Made by a program: the position numbers and the translations under genes. DNA of 64,000 nt from Coraliomargaritaceae bacterium (GTDB lineage Bacteria; Verrucomicrobiota; Verrucomicrobiia; Opitutales; Coraliomargaritaceae). The DNA lies in contig CBFHKU010000004.1 in NCBI GenBank assembly GCA_965656495.1, forward strand, positions 35,702 to 99,701, given 5' to 3'. Below are positions 57,897 through 64,000 of the stretch, piece after piece (position 1 is the first letter of the stretch; each line of letters begins with the position of its first letter). The notes beneath the pieces were generated by a model. The model was given only the letters and a program-made list of their open reading frames with translations, did not search any database and had not been told where the DNA came from.

Positions 57897-57928
57897 CCCA
57901 ACCCCCCAGCCCACTTGCAAACTGAAAC

Positions 57929-59437
57929 ATGACTACTGAGCAAAAATATATCCTCGCAATCGATCAGGGTACCACCAGTTCACGCACCATTATCTTTAAC
58001 CATGACGCTGAAATCGTCGCAGTGGCCCAGCAGGAATTTCAACAACTCTACCCAAATCCCGGCTGGGTGGAGCACAACCCGGAGGAAATCTGGAGCAGCC
58101 AAAAAGCCACTATTGAGGAAGCGATGCAAAAAGCGAACCTCGATAAAAGCAGGGTCGCCGCAATTGGCATCACCAACCAACGCGAAACGACTGTCATCTG
58201 GGATCGCGACACCGGCAAACCGATCCACAACGCTATTGTCTGGCAGGACCGCCGCACCGCCGACTTCTGCAGCCAACTCAAACAAGATCAGCACGAGGAT
58301 AGGATCCGCGAAAAAACCGGCCTCTGTCTCGACCCCTATTTTTCCGGCACAAAACTCCGCTGGATTCTTGAAAACGTGGAAGGTGCGCGGCAACGAGCCA
58401 AGGATGGCAAACTTTGTTTTGGCACAATTGATAGCTGGCTCCTCTGGCAACTCACCGATGGCCGGGTTCATGCCACCGACCTCAGCAACGCCAGCCGAAC
58501 CCTCCTTTGTAATATCAAAACCGGCGATTGGGATCCGGATTTGCTGCAACTCCTCGATATACCCGAGGCCATTCTGCCTGAAATTCGCTCCTGCTCAGAA
58601 GTCTACGGCTGTGTAGACACGATCCCCGAACTGAGCGGAATTCCGGTTGCCGCGATGGCGGGCGACCAACAAGCCGCTCTCTTCGGGCAGGCCTGCTTCG
58701 AGCCCGGTATGGTTAAAAATACCTACGGTACCGGTTGTTTCATGCTCATGAATACCGGCGAAAAACCCATCCCTTCAGAAAACAATCTCCTTACTACCGT
58801 AGCCTGGCGTATTGGCAACCATACGGAGTACGCCTTAGAGGGATCCATCTTTATTGGTGGCGCGGTGGTGCAATGGCTGCGCGACGAACTCAAGCTGGTG
58901 CAGGATGCCAAAGAACTCAACAAACTCGCCGCCTCGGTCGATGACGCCGGAGGCACTTATATTGTCCCCGCCTTCACCGGACTCGGAGCACCGCATTGGG
59001 ATCCCTACGCCCGAGGCACCATCATCGGCCTGACCCGTGGTACCAACCGTGCCCAGATCTGCCGCGCCGCCCTTGATTCAATCGCCTACCAAAGCGCGGA
59101 TCTCATTCAAATAATGGAAAAAGACAGCGGGCTTAAACTGCGTGAACTCCGCGTCGATGGCGGCGCCGCCCGCAGCAACCTCCTCCTGCAATTCCAAGCG
59201 GACCTCCTACAGACCCCGGTCATTCGTCCCCAATGTATCGAGACTACCGCCCTCGGAGCTGCCTACCTCGCCGGTCTTGCAGTCGACTTTTGGAATGACC
59301 GCCAAAGTATCACCCAAAACTGGACCTCTGACCTAAGCTTCAAGCCCATGCGCTCAACCCAACAAATGTCAGGGTGGCACGCAGGCTGGAAGAAGGCCGT
59401 CAATCGGTCCCTCCACTGGGCTAAACCGGATGAATAA
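57929..59437 (+). CDS. glpK: glycerol kinase
   Basis: 502-aa ORF. Has [38 protein letters not shown] and VDGGA motifs. Confidence 0.95.
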   Translation: MTTEQKYILAIDQGTTSSRTIIFNHDAEIVAVAQQEFQQLYPNPGWVEHNPEEIWSSQKATIEEAMQKANLDKSRVAAIGITNQRETTVIWDRDTGKPIHNAIVWQDRRTADFCSQLKQDQHEDRIREKTGLCLDPYFSGTKLRWILENVEGARQRAKDGKLCFGTIDSWLLWQLTDGRVHATDLSNASRTLLCNIKTGDWDPDLLQLLDIPEAILPEIRSCSEVYGCVDTIPELSGIPVAAMAGDQQAALFGQACFEPGMVKNTYGTGCFMLMNTGEKPIPSENNLLTTVAWRIGNHTEYALEGSIFIGGAVVQWLRDELKLVQDAKELNKLAASVDDAGGTYIVPAFTGLGAPHWDPYARGTIIGLTRGTNRAQICRAALDSIAYQSADLIQIMEKDSGLKLRELRVDGGAARSNLLLQFQADLLQTPVIRPQCIETTALGAAYLAGLAVDFWNDRQSITQNWTSDLSFKPMRSTQQMSGWHAGWKKAVNRSLHWAKPDE

Positions 59438-59492
59438 TCCAGCACCATAACCACGCGGGCCACCCCAATGCCCGCCAAACCAAGAGAGCTCC

Positions 59493-60734
59493 ATGAAAAT
59501 CAACTATCATTTTATATGGACCCTTATCCTGACACCACTATCTGCTCTCTTGTTTGCCAACGATTACACCGAGACTCTTCTCGGCGATTTCAACGGTACA
59601 CGCACCTCCCTCGCTGACAGCGGCTTAGAAATTAAAGCCAAACATATTCTTGATGTATATGATGATATCAGCGGGGCGCCCAAAACCGGGGCCTCGTATT
59701 TCGGTCGCCTACAGGTCGATGCCAGCCTTGATCTCGACAAATACTTCGGATTCTCCGGAGCCACCCTCGCAATTGGGGGCATCCATCAATATGGGCACCA
59801 TTTTTACAACCGGCGCACCTTTGATGTCTTGACGAATCCGAGCACCATCGAGAGCCGGCAATTCACACGCTTAACGAACCTCAGCCTTAATCAAGAATTA
59901 ATGGATGGGATGCTTTCCTATAAGATCGGTAAAATTGACGGGGTGGCAGAATTTGGCCTGCAGGAATACAGCACGGTGTTCATGAATTTGGAGTTGGACT
60001 ACGTGTCACGCATCATTCTACAGCCACCAACTGGAACCAATCTCCCCTTTCATCCCGGAGAAAAATGGGGTGCTGTAGTTGAATACCGAACCGGTATTGA
60101 TCCGAACAACACCAGCTATCTGAAAATCGGCCTCTTTGATACCAACAACTACAATGTCTATGAAGATGATTCCAACGGTCTAAACTTCGACTATAGCGGC
60201 CCCTTGGCCTATGCACTTGAAATGGGGATTCGGCAACCCGGCCCTGCCACCAGTTACGTCAAGATCGGAGCCCATTTCAACGAAGGCAGTTTTCCTGATT
60301 TATCCTCGGTTAATACAAGCACCCGAGTAAACAATAACTATCTCGTTTATATCGGCGCGGGCAAAACCATTGCACAATTTGGTACAAATCCAGCGCGCCA
60401 CCTGAATGGATCGGTCATGTGGAGCTACGCACCCGCAAACCGCAACCTTTATCACCAACAGCTCACCGCACTCCTCCGCGCGGTCGGCCCTTTTGAAAAC
60501 CGCCCACTAGACGAGCTCGGCTTTGGTGCAGTGGTAAGCTTCCTCAGTGATCATTATGCGAGACGAAACCAACTTAGGATGAACGAGGAATATATTCTCG
60601 AACTCTCCTATAAAACAAAGCTGACACCCTACTTCACAATTCAACCGGGGCTTCAAGCCATTCATCACCCCAAAGGCGACAAGAACCGTGATACCATTTA
60701 CCTCGCCACCTTACGCACCGTAATTACATTTTAA
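59493..60734 (+). CDS. outer-membrane porin, OprB-like carbohydrate-selective family (tentative)
   Basis: 413-aa ORF with a signal peptide. Has a TLLGDFNGTRTSLADSGLEI opening, alternating beta-strand pattern, and a C-terminal aromatic residue (..TVITF). Confidence 0.55.
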   Translation: MKINYHFIWTLILTPLSALLFANDYTETLLGDFNGTRTSLADSGLEIKAKHILDVYDDISGAPKTGASYFGRLQVDASLDLDKYFGFSGATLAIGGIHQYGHHFYNRRTFDVLTNPSTIESRQFTRLTNLSLNQELMDGMLSYKIGKIDGVAEFGLQEYSTVFMNLELDYVSRIILQPPTGTNLPFHPGEKWGAVVEYRTGIDPNNTSYLKIGLFDTNNYNVYEDDSNGLNFDYSGPLAYALEMGIRQPGPATSYVKIGAHFNEGSFPDLSSVNTSTRVNNNYLVYIGAGKTIAQFGTNPARHLNGSVMWSYAPANRNLYHQQLTALLRAVGPFENRPLDELGFGAVVSFLSDHYARRNQLRMNEEYILELSYKTKLTPYFTIQPGLQAIHHPKGDKNRDTIYLATLRTVITF

Positions 60735-60764
60735 TTTTAACCATCAAAATAAAAGTAGAATAAA

Positions 60765-62348
60765 ATAAAACGCTCCCATCAAATCGACCGAGCCCAATCT
60801 GCAAAAACTCCTTTTGATATTGCGGTAATCGGCGGCGGTGCATCCGGACTAGGTGCAGCACTTGACGCAGCTGCCCGCGGCCACCGGGTTGCGCTCTTCG
60901 AGCAAGCTGATTTTGCAAAGGGCACCTCCAGCCGTTCCACCAAACTGGTTCATGGAGGCGTGCGTTACCTGCAACAGGGAAATGTCTCGCTGGTTCTGGA
61001 AGCACTGCGCGAGCGCGGGCGCCTCGCTGCAAATGCCCCCCATCTGGTTCACCCACAGTCCTTTGTTATTCCAAATTACGCTTGGTGGGAAGGCCCCTTC
61101 TATGGCATTGGTATGAAAGTCTATGATCGACTCGCCGGCAAACTCGGCCTTGCGCCCTCACGGCACCTTAATATCGATGAAACCCTCGAGGCGATCCCGA
61201 CGATCGAACAGGCCAAACTCCTCGGCGGAGTTATTTATCAGGATGGGCAGTTCGACGACGCACGCCTTGCCATCAACCTCGCCCAAACCGCCGAATCCCT
61301 CGGCGCAGTAGTCCTAAACTATACCCGCTGTGTTGGCCTCGTCAAAGAACACGGCCTCCTTTGCGGAGTCGAAATCGAGGATCTGGAATCCGGCCAAACC
61401 TTCACCGTTCGCGCGAAATCAGTCATTAATGCAACCGGTGTTTTCGCAGACTCACTCCGCCAAATAGACGAACCCAAAGCAGGCTCCATTATCGCGGTGA
61501 GCCAAGGAATCCATATTGTCCTCCCCAGGCATTTCCTTCCGGGAGAAGCAGCCATCATGGTTCCCAAGACCGAAGATGGGCGCGTCCTTTTCGCAGTACC
61601 ATGGCATGACCATGTCGTCGTCGGCACCACCGATACGCCCATTGCGACGGCAAAACTGGAACCGCGCGCGCTCAGCGAGGAACGTGAGTTTGTAATGACT
61701 CATGCCTGCAAATACTTAAACCATAATCCCCAACCCGAAGATGTTTGCAGTATCTTTGCGGGGCTCAGGCCGCTCGTGCGCTCCGATGATTCAAACGGAA
61801 ACACCGCAGCCCTTTCACGGGATCACAGTATTATTATCAGCCAAAGCGGTCTCATCACTCTAACCGGCGGAAAGTGGACGACCTATCGAAAAATGGCTGA
61901 AGACGTCATCGATCACGCCGAAACCCTTGCAGGACTGGAACATCAACCCTGCCCCACCGTTAATTTGCAAATCCACGGTTGGACCCATGAGCCCATCAAA
62001 GCAAAAAACCTCCAAGTCTATGGATCGGATGCACGTGAAATAGAAAACCTCATAGAGAGCACACCTGCGCTCGCGGAAAAGATACACCCTGATCTACCAT
62101 ACCAAAAAGCCGAAATCTTTTGGCACGCTCAGGAAGAAATGGCGCGCACCGTGGAAGATGTACTGGCACGACGGACGCGGGCCCTCCTGCTGAATGCACG
62201 CGCATCCATGGAGGCGGCGCCCATAGTGGCGAGCATGCTTGCAAAGGTTTTTAACCATGGCAGCGATTGGCAGAAAAAACAGATAGAAGCTTACTTAGAC
62301 TTAGCCAGAGGTTATGATTTCCTGTCCTCCGAAAGTGTTGGCAACTGA
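60765..62348 (+). CDS. glpD: FAD-dependent glycerol-3-phosphate dehydrogenase (start codon unresolved)
   Basis: The frame is open from 60759 and encodes FDIAVIGGGASGLGAALDAAARG...TSSRSTKLVHGGVRYL upstream of the first canonical start (GTG 60960). No in-frame ATG/GTG/TTG precedes the FAD fold. ATA 60765, ATC 60783 and ATT 60819 are the only candidates. Confidence 0.8.
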   Translation: MKRSHQIDRAQSAKTPFDIAVIGGGASGLGAALDAAARGHRVALFEQADFAKGTSSRSTKLVHGGVRYLQQGNVSLVLEALRERGRLAANAPHLVHPQSFVIPNYAWWEGPFYGIGMKVYDRLAGKLGLAPSRHLNIDETLEAIPTIEQAKLLGGVIYQDGQFDDARLAINLAQTAESLGAVVLNYTRCVGLVKEHGLLCGVEIEDLESGQTFTVRAKSVINATGVFADSLRQIDEPKAGSIIAVSQGIHIVLPRHFLPGEAAIMVPKTEDGRVLFAVPWHDHVVVGTTDTPIATAKLEPRALSEEREFVMTHACKYLNHNPQPEDVCSIFAGLRPLVRSDDSNGNTAALSRDHSIIISQSGLITLTGGKWTTYRKMAEDVIDHAETLAGLEHQPCPTVNLQIHGWTHEPIKAKNLQVYGSDAREIENLIESTPALAEKIHPDLPYQKAEIFWHAQEEMARTVEDVLARRTRALLLNARASMEAAPIVASMLAKVFNHGSDWQKKQIEAYLDLARGYDFLSSESVGN

Positions 62349-62504
62349 AAACGGCCCCACAATTAGAACCTACTTGTTCAATTTTATACCCTTTTAATAC
62401 CAAATTTAAAATTATTTTATATTGATTCTAAATGTTTAATTTGTACATTTATAAACCATTGCTAAAAAGCATTAACCCTAAATATTAACTCAAAATAAAA
62501 AGTA

Positions 62505-63302
62505 ATGGAAGATTGGAATTACAAAGACATAGAAGTGTGCTGCAACGAGTGTGGTAAGATCGCAACCTTGCATCCGGATCAAAACCTTATCAAAGGCAAA
62601 GATATAAAATGGCCGCCGCCGGAGCTGACCCGTAAAATTTCTCAAAAGTCAATGGATTCATGCCACTCCGGCAATGTACATCTCCTAAATGACAACTGGA
62701 AACTAGGCTATTTTTGTGAACTTCAGGCCATCAACAATGTATCAGCACTAGTGTGGTCTGCCTTCGGAACAGTAATGAAAACCAAGAAGGAAATCCTTGA
62801 AAGCTGGACTTCCGAATTATTCAAGCAACTGAAGATTGATGATGCTAGCGCTGAAGACACACAGATGTTCCTCTGGCGAAAGCTACCACCTTGCAAAAAT
62901 CTAACCGTGCCAAATTCCGAGTTGGATGTCATCCTCTCGACTCGTAATTGCATCTTGTTTTTCATCGCTTCATGGAGCGAAAAACAGGGCAGTGCTTTAA
63001 GAGAGGAAATCCGCCAAAAGCTTACCGCCTTGAGCGAATTCCTAAAATCCGATTCGCCCTTCAATCTTTTAAGAAATAAGATCTACGGCATCGTCGGTGT
63101 AAGTTATAATGACGACATCTGGGATGGAATCGATTTACCAGCAGAGTGTCGCACTTTTGGCCTCACTTGGCATCAATTATGTGCCCTCAAAAATCATCCC
63201 TACGCCCTCGAGTTACAGCATTATTATAAGTGGAAGGAAAAATACTCCTACATCACTGATGGCAATGAGGCTCATGTTGCCCAAACCAAGCTCATCGCTT
63301 GA
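62505..63302 (+). CDS. hypothetical protein, low-GC orphan (possible PD-(D/E)XK-like fold, speculative)
   Basis: 265-aa ORF in a visibly AT-rich segment with a 156-bp AT-rich leader. Has N-terminal CCNECGK / SCHSG Cys-His clusters. ELDVILS...ILFFIASWSEKQ could be a D...ExK/Q nuclease core. No family recognised. Confidence 0.55.
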   Translation: MEDWNYKDIEVCCNECGKIATLHPDQNLIKGKDIKWPPPELTRKISQKSMDSCHSGNVHLLNDNWKLGYFCELQAINNVSALVWSAFGTVMKTKKEILESWTSELFKQLKIDDASAEDTQMFLWRKLPPCKNLTVPNSELDVILSTRNCILFFIASWSEKQGSALREEIRQKLTALSEFLKSDSPFNLLRNKIYGIVGVSYNDDIWDGIDLPAECRTFGLTWHQLCALKNHPYALELQHYYKWKEKYSYITDGNEAHVAQTKLIA

Positions 63303-63314
63303 ACTGAGGAAATT

Positions 63315-64000
63315 TTAGACCGGCAGGTCTTCATACCCGAAAACCGGGATCACGTCGATCGACTTGTCGGTTCGCCGGGCAAGCCCGGAGAGCACCTTGC
63401 CCGGCCCGCACTCATAAAATTGCTCTACCGCGTTTTCAGCAGCGGCGTTACGCAGGCAATCTTCAAACTTCACCGATGAGACCACCTGCTGCACGAGACA
63501 TTCCTTTATTTGCGCCGGCTCACTTACCTTTTGCCCGGTTACGTTGGTGTAAACGGCAAGACTAGGTGCCTTAAACTCAAAATCCTCAATATAACCAGCA
63601 AAAGCATCGCGGGCGGAGACCATCAAACGACTGTGATAGGCACCGGCTACATTGAGCGGTTTCACCAGCTTAAAGCCACGACCCGAGGAATTCGCGACCG
63701 CATCCAGAACTTTCTCATTTTCTCCGGAAATCACAATCTGGCCCGGGCAATTCAAATTCGCGATTTCAATATCAAATTCTTCACAGAGTTGCTGCACTGC
63801 CTCCGGTTCTCCCCCGATCACACTCGCCATACCACCTTTCGTTGTATCACAAGCCAATTGCATCAAACGACCCCGTTCCGCCACCAGACGCAAACCGGTT
63901 TCAAAGTCAAACACCCCTGCGCAGGCTAGAGCGGTCAATTCTCCCAAACTCAAGCCGCAGGCCGTTACCAAATTATCGAGCAATCCCCGCTCCTTGAGCA
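63315..64000 (-). CDS. fabD: malonyl CoA-ACP transacylase, 5' end beyond window
   Basis: GLSLGELTALA (GxSxG nucleophile elbow), NCPGQIVISG and VAGAYHS motifs. The frame stays open to the window end. Confidence 0.9.
   Translation of the reverse strand, partial: LKERGLLDNLVTACGLSLGELTALACAGVFDFETGLRLVAERGRLMQLACDTTKGGMASVIGGEPEAVQQLCEEFDIEIANLNCPGQIVISGENEKVLDAVANSSGRGFKLVKPLNVAGAYHSRLMVSARDAFAGYIEDFEFKAPSLAVYTNVTGQKVSEPAQIKECLVQQVVSSVKFEDCLRNAAAENAVEQFYECGPGKVLSGLARRTDKSIDVIPVFGYEDLPV

Overview
A 64-kb chromosomal segment, fairly GC-rich and densely coded. The content suggests a marine Verrucomicrobiota-type genome: many S1 sulfatases, PEP-CTERM tails, SHD1 and DUF1573 domains. This taxon call is an inference, not a search result.

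Gene order:
- 1-15.1 kb: a polysaccharide-utilisation-like locus. It holds four sulfatases, two to three glycoside-hydrolase-like genes including a GH52-like enzyme, a GPH symporter, an XylR/AraC-type regulator and two secreted lectin-like proteins.
- 15.4-22.0 kb: nickel-pincer cofactor genes larE/larC/larB without larA, a Tat-signal aldo/keto reductase, and a rhodanese-MauE-DUF1573 operon.
- 22-64 kb: housekeeping genes pyrH, frr, proB, uvrB, leuS, lpxI, metF, tRNA-Arg, leuB, alaS, smpB, rpoZ, malQ, asd, gatCAB, lepB, lepA, glpF-glpK-porin-glpD and fabD. Small accessory inserts are interspersed: vapBC, a GxxExxY cassette array, a C-type lectin, a thioredoxin-like gene and a low-GC orphan.

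No rRNA, CRISPR array, integrase, transposase or prophage genes were seen.

The most unusual signal is in the intergenic DNA, not in a multi-gene system:
- A family of CACGAA-iteron inverted repeats bounds a PD-(D/E)XK-family GxxExxY gene. Three tandem cassettes sit between leuB and alaS.
- Related solo arms, hairpin repeats and a ~235-bp tandem array fill other large spacers.
- At four loci (uvrB end, tRNA-Arg 5' half, leuB/alaS junction, lepA 5' end) the repeats or inserts have co-duplicated the termini of the neighbouring genes.

Other notable points:
- A 21-bp-spaced direct-repeat motif is shared by the two catabolic operon promoters and is a candidate XylR operator.
- glpD has no canonical in-frame start codon.
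- A low-GC orphan gene lies between glpD and fabD.

All family assignments come from reading motifs by eye. No database search was run.
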